DNA of 64,000 nt. Origin: Thermodesulfobacteriota bacterium. Lineage in GTDB: Bacteria; Desulfobacterota_D; UBA1144; Nemesobacterales; Nemesobacteraceae. Position numbers and translations under genes: made by a program. Positions 1-10,713 of this stretch are shown here, piece after piece (positions within the stretch are counted from its first letter, which is position 1; the number at the start of each line of letters is the position of its first letter). Under the pieces are notes generated by a model. The model saw only the letters and a program-made list of their open reading frames with translations. It was not told the origin of the DNA and made no database searches. The stretch is from NCBI GenBank assembly GCA_965204795.1, contig OZ242012.1, positions 1,683,639 through 1,747,638 on the forward strand, given 5' to 3'.

Positions 1-1291
<1,291 letters not shown>

Positions 1292-1342
1292 AATTGTGAG
1301 TTCTTTTGAGTCAGGAATCTAAATCAAGGAGGCAAGATTTTC

Positions 1343-2035
1343 TTGAACGGTAACGGAAAAATCCATCATGACGATGACATTCGGTATCTTCCCTCTTACA
1401 GCGTCAGGGAGGCGGCCTTGTACTTGAGGCTTCCAGTTTCTACCTTGCGCGCATGGATCGGAAGACAAAGGAATTTTGAGTCTTTGATCGTTCCCGCTCA
1501 AACCAAACCCCTAGCCCTGTCTTTCATCAATCTGGTTGAGGCATATGTTCTGGCTTCAATACGCAGAAAGCATAGAATATCTATGAACAAGGTCAGAAAC
1601 GGGATGAGATTCATATCTGATAGATTTTCCTCCGCATATCCTTTGGCGGTAAAAGATTTTGAAACGGATGGAATATCTCTGTTCCTAAGAGAAGCTGGCA
1701 TCATTTATGATGTTTCCAGAGGGAGCGGGCAGATGGTTTTAAAAGAGATAATCGAACAGTATTTGCAAAGAATAGAAAGAGACCCTGATGGTCTCCCTGA
1801 AAAGCTGTATCCGTTTTCGCGGACAGGTGAACCGGATGAGCCTAAACTAATCATGATTGACCCCCAGATTTCTTTTGGCCGTCCGGTCTTATCCGCAAGA
1901 AGCATTCCGATAGAAAATATAGCTGAACGCTACAAGGCTGGAGAATCTATAAGAGAATTGGCAAAAGACTATGAATGCGATCAAGCAGACATTGAAGAAG
2001 CAATCAGATGCAGGTTATGGAAAGAAGCCGCTTGA
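1343..2035 (+). CDS. HTH + DUF433-like DNA-binding protein (putative antitoxin/regulator); low-GC islet gene
   Basis: TTG start at 1343 sits 10 nt after AAGGAGG (1326-1332). The N-terminal part (VREAALYLRLPVSTLRAWI) looks like an excisionase/MerR-type HTH. The C-terminal part (GRPVLSARSIPIENIAERYKAGESIRELAKDYECDQADIEEAIRC) fits the DUF433 pattern (G.P.I.GTRI.V..I......G.S.EEI...YP.L...DI..AL). Local GC is clearly lower than the flanks. Confidence 0.6.
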   Translation: MNGNGKIHHDDDIRYLPSYSVREAALYLRLPVSTLRAWIGRQRNFESLIVPAQTKPLALSFINLVEAYVLASIRRKHRISMNKVRNGMRFISDRFSSAYPLAVKDFETDGISLFLREAGIIYDVSRGSGQMVLKEIIEQYLQRIERDPDGLPEKLYPFSRTGEPDEPKLIMIDPQISFGRPVLSARSIPIENIAERYKAGESIRELAKDYECDQADIEEAIRCRLWKEAA

Positions 2036-2447
2036 TTCAATTACGTTCCTTATAGATAGGTGCCTTGGAAAATACAAAGTGCCAGAGCGTTTGATTCAGA
2101 AGAACAACGAGTTGACGGAAATAGAAATTAACGTTAAGCACTTGGATGATTTCTTCAATCAAAACACACGTGATGAGGAGTGGTTAAAATTCGCTGGCAA
2201 CAAATCATGGATAGTACTAACTAAAGACAGTCACATTCGCTACAGAAAATCAGAAGAAAAAATGGTTAAGAAATATGGTGTGAGAATGTTTACTTTAGCA
2301 AGAGGAAATTGGACCGGAGATCAAAATGCCGAAATTTTGGGCGGAGCTTTAAAATCTATTTGCAGTTTTCTCGAAAAAAATCCCGCACCTTTCATAGCTT
2401 CCATATCGAAATCAGGCAATATCAGGAAAATTGATTTATCCGAATAA
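1971..2447 (+). CDS. DUF5615 / PIN-like (Mut7-C-like) nuclease-fold protein, putative toxin partner of the DUF433 protein
   Basis: ITFLIDRCLG..., WIVLTKDSHIRYRKSEEKMVKKYGVRMFTL resembles the DUF5615 core (LLDENL ... vliTkDkDF). It overlaps the upstream gene by about 65 nt. The true start may be an internal TTG at 1992; low GC. Confidence 0.5.
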   Translation: MNAIKQTLKKQSDAGYGKKPLDSITFLIDRCLGKYKVPERLIQKNNELTEIEINVKHLDDFFNQNTRDEEWLKFAGNKSWIVLTKDSHIRYRKSEEKMVKKYGVRMFTLARGNWTGDQNAEILGGALKSICSFLEKNPAPFIASISKSGNIRKIDLSE

Positions 2448-2621
2448 GATAGAGTGAGGTTACATGGAAAATTCTTATTTGAACCGTTCGGAAACTATAT
2501 TCCCAGAAGTTTCATCTACAAAAAAATATAACAATTACGGAACACTTGTTTAACGAGTAACATTGAAGAATGTTTGCCCTTTGAATCTATCTTCGAGCTG
2601 AACACAAGGTCTTAAAGGGGG

Positions 2622-3266
2622 TTGAAATTGATAATAAGATGCGTCCCGGGCGGGATATTCATGGAAAACTGCTACATCGTAGGAGACGAAGAGACGGGCG
2701 AAGCCATGCTCGTGGATCCCGGAGAGCAGATAGGTGAAATCTCCCGCGAAATCGAGGCCTCGGGTCTCGACGTGAAAAAAATAGTCAACACCCACACCCA
2801 CCTCGATCACGTAGCCGGGGTAGAAACCTTCAAAAAAGAGCTCGGCGTGCCTTTCTACATACACGAAAAGGAGCAGCCCGTGCTCGACGTCCTGCCGGAA
2901 GCCAAGATGAGATTCCCGGGATTCGATTTCGTCGAATCGCCCGGGGTGGACGGCTACGTAAAGGAGGGAGAGGAGCTTCGCGTCGGGAACCTGCGGGGAG
3001 AGATACTGCTCGTTCCAGGACACACGTGGGGGCACGTGTGCTTCGCGTTCGGAGAATCGATAATAGCCGGAGACACGGTTTTCGCGGGAAGCGTCGGCAG
3101 GGTCGACCTGACCGGCGGGACGAGCATGCGGGAACTCGTGGGGTCGATAAAATCCGAGATTCTCAAGTATCCCGACCACTACGAAATCCACCCCGGCCAC
3201 GGTCCCGCCACCACGGTGGGAACGGAAAAGACGACCAATCCCTTCATCCTCGGCGTGGCAGTCTGA
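2622..3266 (+). CDS. MBL-fold metallo-hydrolase (hydroxyacylglutathione hydrolase-like)
   Basis: NCYIVGDEETGEAMLVDPG ... NTHTHLDHVAGV ... LLVPGHTWGHVCF ... GDTVFAGSVGRVDL is the HxHxDH metallo-beta-lactamase motif set. The start may be TTG 2622 or 2628, or ATG 2661. Confidence 0.75.
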   Translation: MKLIIRCVPGGIFMENCYIVGDEETGEAMLVDPGEQIGEISREIEASGLDVKKIVNTHTHLDHVAGVETFKKELGVPFYIHEKEQPVLDVLPEAKMRFPGFDFVESPGVDGYVKEGEELRVGNLRGEILLVPGHTWGHVCFAFGESIIAGDTVFAGSVGRVDLTGGTSMRELVGSIKSEILKYPDHYEIHPGHGPATTVGTEKTTNPFILGVAV

Positions 3267-3273
3267 AACGACC

Positions 3274-3549
3274 ATGGCTTACGCAAGACTCCTGAGGCTC
3301 GCGGCGTATCTGGCGGTCGCCCTAGTGGTGGTCTTCGCGTTTGTGAACGAAATTTCCAAGGTCTACTTCCTGAAAAGCGAAAACAGGAAGATAGAAAAAA
3401 GAATAGAGGATCTCAGGGCGGAGAACGAAGCGTACAAAAAGGAGATAAAAGCCATAAGGGAAGACAAGAAATACCTTGAGAAGATACTGAGAGAAGAGCT
3501 CGGGATGATAAAGGAGCGGGAAAAGATATTCAGGTTCAAAGAGGAGTAG
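3274..3549 (+). CDS. ftsB: septum formation initiator family protein (FtsB/DivIC-like)
   Basis: Short N-terminal TM helix (LAAYLAVALVVVFAFV) followed by a charged coiled-coil (ENRKIEKRIEDLRAENEAYKKEIKAI). It sits directly upstream of rsmA. Confidence 0.55.
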   Translation: MAYARLLRLAAYLAVALVVVFAFVNEISKVYFLKSENRKIEKRIEDLRAENEAYKKEIKAIREDKKYLEKILREELGMIKEREKIFRFKEE

Positions 3550-3565
3550 CCCCGCCAGAACCGTC

Positions 3566-4387
3566 ATGAGCGAAAGCAGCGAGGACAGGAAGTTCCGCCA
3601 CAGAAAAAAACTCGGTCAGAACTTTCTCGCCGACTGGAACATACTGGAGAAGATATGCGATGCGGCCCGGCTCTCGAAAAAAGACAGGGTGCTGGAAATA
3701 GGACCCGGAAAGGGTTCTCTCACGCAACTGCTGGCAGAAAGGGCGGGCTCGGTCGTCGCCGTTGAAAAAGACGCGAGACTCGAAAAATTCCTGCGCGGAA
3801 AATTCTCCGAATCGAAAAACGTCGAGCTTGTCTTCGAAGACGCCCTGCGGACCGACTTCGCCCGGTTCCGCAGAACGGGGAAAATAAAGCTCGTATCCAA
3901 CCTTCCCTACAACATATCGACTCAGGTTCTGCTTCGGGTCCTCGACCGAAAAGAGCTTTTCTCTAGGGCGGTCCTGATGCTCCAGAAAGAAGTGGCCGGA
4001 AGAATCTGCTCCCCCCACGGAAGCAGGGATTACGGTTCGCTCTCCGTGCTTCTCCAGAACCGCTTCGACATAAGCCCGGCCTTCGGGGTCCCCCGCGGGG
4101 CGTTTTTCCCCGTTCCGAAAGTGGAATCGGCCGTCGTGACCCTCGACCCGCTGGAAGAACCCAGGTTCGAGGTGCTCGGGGAAAGCACCTTCAGAACCGT
4201 CGCCAGGCAGGCGTTTTCGTCTAGGAGAAAGATGATAAGGAACTCGCTCTGCAACTTTTTCGAAAAACAGACGGTGCTCCGCGCCCTCGAGGACTCGGGA
4301 ATCGACGGAGAAAGAAGGGCGGAGTCGCTTTCCGTGGGGGAATTCGCAAGACTCTCGAACAGCTTTCACAAACTCTCGGTCAGTTGA
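3566..4387 (+). CDS. rsmA: 16S rRNA (adenine1518/1519-N6)-dimethyltransferase
   Basis: FRHRKKLGQNFLADWNILEKI ... VLEIGPGKGSLT ... KLVSNLPYNISTQ are the canonical KsgA/RsmA motifs. Confidence 0.9.
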   Translation: MSESSEDRKFRHRKKLGQNFLADWNILEKICDAARLSKKDRVLEIGPGKGSLTQLLAERAGSVVAVEKDARLEKFLRGKFSESKNVELVFEDALRTDFARFRRTGKIKLVSNLPYNISTQVLLRVLDRKELFSRAVLMLQKEVAGRICSPHGSRDYGSLSVLLQNRFDISPAFGVPRGAFFPVPKVESAVVTLDPLEEPRFEVLGESTFRTVARQAFSSRRKMIRNSLCNFFEKQTVLRALEDSGIDGERRAESLSVGEFARLSNSFHKLSVS

Positions 4388-5783
4388 CAAGCTCCCGAAG
4401 AAGCAGGCTCTGGAGCTTTTTCACCCTGGCCCCCATTCCGTTCGATATTATGGAGAAAACATAGGTGCGGCCGTCCCTGGCGAAGACGTAGCCCGAAAGG
4501 GAGCGGGCTCCTTCCAGATATCCCGTCTTCGCGTAAACCCTCCCCTTGAGCTCGTAGAATCTTTTCTCGAGAGTTCCGTCCACTCCGGCGACCGGCAGGG
4601 ATTCGAGAAACTCTTTTGAAATCTCGGGGTTCTTGTACGCCCTGAGGAGCACTTCGGCCAGGTCCCCGGGAGATACCCTGTTCATTCTCGAAAGTCCTGA
4701 ACCGTCCACGACGGAAACGTCCCCCGACACTCCCACGCCCGCCAGGTAGTCCCTGATCACGTACGTGCCGGTTTTCCACGAGCCGGGCTCCTTCATAAAT
4801 CTCGCGCCCAGCACCTTCACCAGGCTCTCGCCGATTATGTTCACGCTCTCCTTGTTGTACTCGCGGATGACGACGCCCAGAGGCTCGGAATAATGAGTGA
4901 ACACGGCCCCCGCCCACTTGGGAACTCTCGCGCGGCGCACCCGCCCGTCGACCCTGACTCCCTTTTTTTCGAGCGTCGCCCGAAGCATCTCGCCGAAGTA
5001 GAAAAACGGGTCGGGAACGGACATCTCGAGCGTCTCCCTCTTCCTGCGGGAAGAGACGTATCCCGAGAGCCTGATCTGGTTTCGGCTTCCGAACTCGGCC
5101 ATCACCCCGGATCTTCTCCGCGAGGTGAGAACCCGGCTCTTGATCGCGAAGGGAAACTCCTTGGGCTCCGCGCTCACGTACGCGGGCATACCAGCCCTCG
5201 AGGCCGAGACCTTTATCTTGGCGGAATTGTAGTTGAACGAAATGGCGGCGACCGGAGGACAGAACGCCTCGCCCACCCACTCCGGGTCCCAGCCCTCTCC
5301 GTAGTACGTTTCGTCGAAGTAGGAGCCGTCGAGGAGAATGCCGCCGTCTATTCTGTTCACTCCCAGGTTCTTTATCCTTTTGGCTATCAGCTCCAGTTTC
5401 TCAAGGTCGATGGTCGGATCTCCGAAGCCCTTCACGTAAAGACCGCCGTGGGCGACGTTTCCGTGGATTCCTCCCCCGAGATAGAACTCCGTTCTGAACC
5501 TAAAGTCCTTTCCCAGAAGGGAAAGCGCCGCCACGGAGGAAAGTATCTTGTTGTTGGACGCGGGAATGAAGCTTTTTTCGCTGTTGTAGCGGAAAACCGT
5601 CTCGCCGGTGTCGGCGGCTCTCACCACGATCCCCAGGGTTCCGTTCTTCTTCGCGCTGCTTGAGATGAAGGACAGAATCTCCCTTTTGTCCGTCCGCGAC
5701 AGCGACGAAGAGACCTCCGGCGTCGCGAAGGACAGAAACAGCATGGCGAAGAAAAACGCCGTTTTCCTTCCGGTACGAATCAT
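4380..5783 (-). CDS. dacB: D-alanyl-D-alanine carboxypeptidase/endopeptidase (PBP4, peptidase S13)
   Basis: Signal peptide followed by FIPASNNKILSSVAAL (SxxK-containing region), GDPT, LDGSGLSRMNRVSP and YAKTGYL (KTG) motifs of S13 PBP4. Confidence 0.85.
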   Translation of the reverse strand: MIRTGRKTAFFFAMLFLSFATPEVSSSLSRTDKREILSFISSSAKKNGTLGIVVRAADTGETVFRYNSEKSFIPASNNKILSSVAALSLLGKDFRFRTEFYLGGGIHGNVAHGGLYVKGFGDPTIDLEKLELIAKRIKNLGVNRIDGGILLDGSYFDETYYGEGWDPEWVGEAFCPPVAAISFNYNSAKIKVSASRAGMPAYVSAEPKEFPFAIKSRVLTSRRRSGVMAEFGSRNQIRLSGYVSSRRKRETLEMSVPDPFFYFGEMLRATLEKKGVRVDGRVRRARVPKWAGAVFTHYSEPLGVVIREYNKESVNIIGESLVKVLGARFMKEPGSWKTGTYVIRDYLAGVGVSGDVSVVDGSGLSRMNRVSPGDLAEVLLRAYKNPEISKEFLESLPVAGVDGTLEKRFYELKGRVYAKTGYLEGARSLSGYVFARDGRTYVFSIISNGMGARVKKLQSLLLRELVN

Positions 5784-5804
5784 TCCACCTTCCGTGCGGT
5801 GGTT

Positions 5805-8497
5805 CTAGTGGGCTTCGGACCAGTTTCGCCCGACGCCCAGTTCCACTTTCAGGGGAACGTCAAGTTCCCACGCGCCTTCCATGTCCTCCCTTATGAGACC
5901 GCTGAGTTCCTCAAGCTCGGCCTCGCGGACCTCGAAAAGAAGCTCGTCGTGCACCTGAAGAATCATCCTGGAGCGAAAATCCTTCTCGAGCCTCCCGAAT
6001 ATCCTGATCATCGCCAAGTTTATTATATCCGCCGCGGAGCCCTGTATGGGAGTGTTTATCGCTTCGCGCTCGCCTCTCGACCTCTCGACCCTGTTTTTCG
6101 AACGAAGTTCCGGTATGGGTCTTCTTCTGCCGACCAGCGTTTCGGAGTATCCCTTCTCCCTGGCCTCCTCGACCGACGAGTCCATGTACGACTTAACCTC
6201 GGAGTAGCGGTCGAAGTAGCGCTTTATATAGTTCCTGGAGTCGGGAACCGGTATGCCGAGGCGCCGCGAGAGCCCGAAGGCGCTTATGCCGTATATTATG
6301 CTGAAATTCATCGTCTTCGCCACATTCCTCATGTCGGGGGTTACCTCGTCCTCCCCCACGGCGAATATCTCGCACGCGGCGGCCGTGTGCAGGTCCCTTT
6401 CGTTCCTGATGGCCTCGGTGAGGGCCGGGTCTCCGGAGAAATGGGCGAGCAGGCGGATTTCTATCTGCGAGTAGTCGGCCGAAAGCATGACGCTGCCGTC
6501 TTCGGCCACAAACGCGTTTCTTATTCTTCTTCCGTCGACCGTCTTTATCGGAATGTTCTGAAGATTGGGGTCGCTTGAGCTTAGCCTTCCGGTGGAAGTT
6601 CCCGCGGGATTGAAGGACGTGTGTATTCTCGAGGTCGCGGGATTGATGAGCCTGGGAAGCTGGTCTATGTAGGTCGACTTGAGCTTGGCGAGAAACCTGT
6701 GTCTCAGCACCAGGACCGGCACCTCGTGCTCGGCGGAGAGTTCCCGAAGAACGTGCGAGTCGGTCGAAAACGCCCCCTTCGACGTCTTCTTTCCGGAGCG
6801 AAGCCCCAGTCGCCCGAAAAGCACGTCGCCGAGCTGCTTGGGAGAGTTTATCTTGAACTCCTGCCCCGCTTCTGCGTATATGCGCTTCTGCACGGAATCG
6901 AGATCCCTCTCGAACTCCCCGGACATCTCGCCGAGAATCCCCGTGTCCACTCTCACTCCCGCGGATTCCATGTCGCAGAGAACCTCGAGCAGGCCGAGCA
7001 CGTTTTCGCTGTAGAGGTCCCAGAGCCCTTCTTCGACCAAAACGGCGTGAAACTTCCTGAAAAGAATCATCGTCACGTCGGCGTCCTCGCACGAGTATTT
7101 CTTGGCCGTCTCCAGGTCCACCTCGGCGAAATTCTTTTTCGACTTTCCCTTTCCCGTTACGTCCTCGTAGGAAATCATCCTGTGGCGGAGGTGTATCCTG
7201 GACAGCTCGTCGAGCTTGTAGCTGTTTTGTGAAGAGTCGAGAAGATGGGCGGCGAGCATCGTGTCGAAATGGATTCCCCGGAGGCGGACGCCGTGGTTTC
7301 TGAGAACGAGCATCTCGTACTTTACGTTCTGTCCTATCTTCTTTATCCGTTCCGATTCCAGAACCGGCCGAAGCGCTTCGAGAACCGCGCCGCGGTCCAT
7401 CTGGGCATCCATGCCTATGGTCGGAACGTGAGCCACGGGCACGTAGAAAGCCTTTCCTTCCTCCGGGCAGAGAGAAAACCCGACTATGCGGGCGAGCATG
7501 GGATGTTTGGAGTCCGTCTCAAGATCGATCGAAAGCTCTCCCGAGTCCTCTATCATCCCCACGACCCGCCCGAGCTTTTCCTCGTCCAAAACGAGCTCGT
7601 AGGAATCGTAGTCGACCGCCGAGGCTTTTTCCGGGGCGGCGGGGGGGCGCCTATTTCCTCCAGGAGCTTTTCGAACTCAAGCTCCCTGAAGAGGGGAGCC
7701 AGCCTCCCGGGTTCGTATCCCCCGTACCTGAAGCTCTCGATTCCGGTTTCGACGGCAACGTCCGTCTTTATGGTGACGAGTTCCCGGCTCATGTACGCGT
7801 CGTCCCTGTGCTCCTCAAGCAGTCCCGCGACCCTCGGCTTTATATCCGCGAGATTTCCGTAGACGCCGTCGAGGTCCCCGTAATCGGATATGAGCGCCGA
7901 GGCGGTCTTTTCCCCCACTCCCCTCACGCCCGGGACGTTGTCCACCTTGTCTCCCATGAGAGCGAAGAAGTCGGTCATCTGTTCGGGTCCGATTCCGTAT
8001 TTTTCGCGCACTTCCCTTACGCCGGTGCTTTTTCCCTTCATGGTGTCTATCAGCGTGACGTTCTCCGAGACGAGCTGGCAGAAATCCTTGTCCCCGGTGA
8101 CCAGAACCACTTTCGAGTCCCCGTGTCCGTTCGCCGCCGCTATGGTTCCCATCAGGTCGTCCGCCTCGTATCCTTCCATTCTCACGACGGGGATCGAGAA
8201 CGCCTCGACCACCTCGAAAATCCTGGGAAACTGAAGCTCGAGACTCTCCGGCGGCTCGCCCCTGTTGGCCTTGTATTCGGGGTATATCTCGTTTCGAAAC
8301 ACCTCTCCCTTCGAATCGAACACGACGGCCAGATACTCGGGTTCGTATTCCTTGAGGAACTTGAGGAGCATGTTCGTAAACCCGTGGACGGCGTTTGTGG
8401 GAAAGCCCGAAGACGTGGAAAGTTCCTGCTTTACTCCGTAGTAGGCCCTGAACACGTAGGAACTTCCGTCGATCAGGTAAAGGGGCTTTCGGGACAT
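5805..8497 (-). pseudogene. polA: DNA polymerase I, split into two ORFs (5'-3' exo 8497..7553; 3'-5' exo + polymerase 7589..5805) by a frameshift in a G7 (C7 on the coding strand) homopolymer at 7641-7647
   Basis: The upstream ORF has the 5' nuclease motifs (LYLIDGSSYVFRAYY ... GYEADDLMGTIA ... LVTGDKDFCQL) and the HhH. The downstream ORF has the 3'-5' exo and family-A polymerase motifs (RRRPIPEL..., PIQGSAADI, QVHDELLFEV). The upstream frame turns to junk (GAPPPPRKKPRRS...) just after the C-run. Adding one C to the run joins the frames as ...EEIGAPPAAPEKASAVDYDSYELVLDEEKLGRVV... Confidence 0.85.
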
Positions 8498-8966
8498 GAG
8501 AAAAGCTGATTGTTCAAGATATTCCTGAACCGTTCTCCTGCCCGAATTATACCTAACCGGCGGTAAAATGGTGTTTATTTATCCAGACGGGGGGTGTGTT
8601 GTATGTCTTCATCCTGAAATGCAATGAACCACAGAAATGGACCCTAAGAACTAGGGCATGTTAACGCTATTGGACACCTTTAAGAACTTCAAACTTTTTT
8701 TGAACAGTTTGAGAGGTGTTTCACAGGGGTTTGAATTCACAAATTCAATGTTTACAGGAGGTTGGTGAGTTCGACTGTGTTCCAGTGCGGAAAATGTAGT
8801 GCCTGGAGTTTACATCTCGGCCTTGGAGTTCTCCGAAAACTTGGTGGTTCTTGCGGAAAAGACCCGCAAGGAGAAAGCGTGAGGACGGCCGGGACTTCAT
8901 TGAGAAGCAAACAGCCGCAGACTGGTCGGCAGACTTATTGCTTGCTGACGAAAAAAGCGGTTTGTA

Positions 8967-9215
8967 GTGCCACAGCGTTTTCTTGCCCTCGTAACTCCCT
9001 GTGACAAAACACCTTTTATTTTTAAACTGTTCAAAAAAAGTCTGAAGTACGAGGAGGTGCATCTTAAGACATATGAATCAGTCGGTTCGGCAAAAGCTGA
9101 AATCGGGAAGTGGATAGAATTTTACAATTTTGTGCGTCGTCACAGCAGACTTGGAGGATTGACTCCGAATCAGGTTTACTATGGTTGTGGTGATGGATTG
9201 AGCAGAGCGGCTTGA
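8967..9215 (+). pseudogene. IS3-family transposase (OrfB/integrase core) C-terminal fragment
   Basis: SLKYEEVHLKTYESVGSAKAEIGKWIEFYNFVRRHSRLGGLTPNQVYY matches the conserved C-terminal tail of rve-domain IS3 transposases (FYN..R.HS.LGY.TP). No upstream catalytic domain in frame. Confidence 0.6.
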
Positions 9216-9334
9216 AAATGAATGAAATACACTTAAGAAAATAAGAAAACTGTCTAATCAATGGAGTCCATTTCTCACTTTTTTTATTTTTGCAATCCTA
9301 GGTTATCTACGATAGTATTGCGATACAGGGAGGT

Positions 9335-9547
9335 TTGCTTATGGACACAAATGGAAAAGAAATTCTTGAAATGGTGCCAGTTGATGAAGAATTAGTTCTT
9401 CCCCAAGAACTCTTAACGATAATTGAAGAAAAAAACTCCGAAATTAAATCAATTAAATTCCAACTGCCAGATATTGACTCTGACGACTTTGGACAATTTA
9501 AGATTCAATGGAAGAGCTCTAGGTATTATGACGTGAAAGATGTCTAA
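9335..9547 (+). CDS. hypothetical small acidic protein (70 aa), first gene of a two-gene module
   Basis: Preceded by promoter-like TTGCAA(9290-9295)-17nt-TAGTAT(9313-9318) and RBS GGGAGG (9328-9333). TTG 9335 / ATG 9341. AT-rich codon usage foreign to the host. Overlaps the downstream gene by 8 nt (ATGTCTAA). Confidence 0.4.
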   Translation: MLMDTNGKEILEMVPVDEELVLPQELLTIIEEKNSEIKSIKFQLPDIDSDDFGQFKIQWKSSRYYDVKDV

Positions 9548-9923
9548 TAACGAAGAGAAGGTAACTGGCTCACTTTCTGCCGATAGCGTCAGAATCGCGG
9601 AACACCTAATAGAAACCCAAAACAAAGAACTTGAAGTTCGGCAACAGGAAGTTCAAGTAAAGTCAAAAGATGTTGACAATCAAAAAGAACTGGCCTTATC
9701 CGCCATTCAAGCCAAAAAATACGATAGGCAGGAAAGCAGAAAAACCTATGAAAGAGAATTTGTGCTTGTGATTATTATAGTTTTGGCACTTTTCTCACTA
9801 GTTTTGGTTTGGTTGGAATATGTTTCTTTAGCTGAAGAAATTATAAAATATGCACTTACCGCAACTCTAGGTGCGTTTGGGGGTTACGGTTACGCCAAAA
9901 CCAGGACACGGAATCAAGGTTAG
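9540..9923 (+). CDS. hypothetical membrane protein (127 aa): N-terminal charged coiled-coil, single TM helix, Gly/aromatic C-tail
   Basis: ELEVRQQEVQVKSKDVDNQKELALSAIQAKK (coiled-coil-like), then FVLVIIIVLALFSLVLVWL (TM), then TLGAFGGYGYAKTR. Translationally coupled to the upstream ORF. No recognizable family. Confidence 0.4.
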   Translation: MSNNEEKVTGSLSADSVRIAEHLIETQNKELEVRQQEVQVKSKDVDNQKELALSAIQAKKYDRQESRKTYEREFVLVIIIVLALFSLVLVWLEYVSLAEEIIKYALTATLGAFGGYGYAKTRTRNQG

Positions 9924-10137
9924 CTTTGGCTCAATTTGCATTTCGCATGCGTAGAGCGGAAACTATGTTGCCCTCCTGCATATGCAATGGCCGTCGTTGG
10001 CCAGCGTAGGAGACGGTTTAGACCACCCGACCCGAGCAACCAAACAACCCCTAGCCATGATGTACGGGCGGAGCAGCACTCACCACTCACACGGCAACGC
10101 ATTGTAGGTAGGCTACGCGGGACCGACAGCTTCGGTC

Positions 10138-10713
10138 CCCGTGTCCGTTCGACTGCGCCGCTATGGTTCCCATCAGGTCGTCCGCCTCGTATCCTTCCAT
10201 TCTCACGACGGGGATCGAAAACGCCTCGCCCCACACACCGCTGTCAACGCTTCGCGCGCAACCTCACGATTACGCACGCCTCGCGGAATTGACCGATATG
10301 GCTGTATCTTGCCAATAGTGGACTCTCACCTACTATCCCTTACCAGTTAGCCTGGCGCACCATGACTTGACTTCCCTGACTGAAAGTCTTTGTTCTTCTC
10401 AGCTTATCTGTCTGTCGCTCGCAGACTCGAAGGTCAAATCTCGAGACTCTCCGGCGCCTCGTCCCTGTTGGCCTTGTATTCGGGGTATATCTCGTTTCGA
10501 AACACCTCTCCCTTCGATCTCGAACACGAGGTTTTCTTTATTGGGTTGTAGAAGCCAGATACTCGGGCTCGTACAATAAGCTCTTGAGAAGCCGTTGACG
10601 AAGCCAAAGAATATGCCGAGGTTAAGCATGTTCGTAAACCCGTGGACGGCGTTTGTGGGAAAGCCCGAAGACGTGGCTATAAACAAAACTCTTCAAGTTC
10701 CTGCTTTACTCCA
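10138..10713. repeat. interrupted, degenerate direct-repeat copy of the polA 5' coding region (copy of about 8119-8440)
   Basis: Blocks 10138-10229, 10437-10525, 10551-10573, 10624-10674 and 10693-10713 are near-identical, colinear and in the same orientation as 8119-8209, 8236-8327, 8329-8350, 8369-8416 and 8419-8440. For example, gtgtccgttcg..gccgctatggttcccatcaggtcgtccgcctcgtatccttccattctcacgacggggatcga.aacgcctcg. Unrelated sequence separates the blocks. Confidence 0.7.

Noticed and set aside
2550-3275. 241-aa minus-strand ORF
   Set aside because: Antisense to the MBL-fold hydrolase gene, which has clear motifs. Composition is typical of GC-rich shadow frames.
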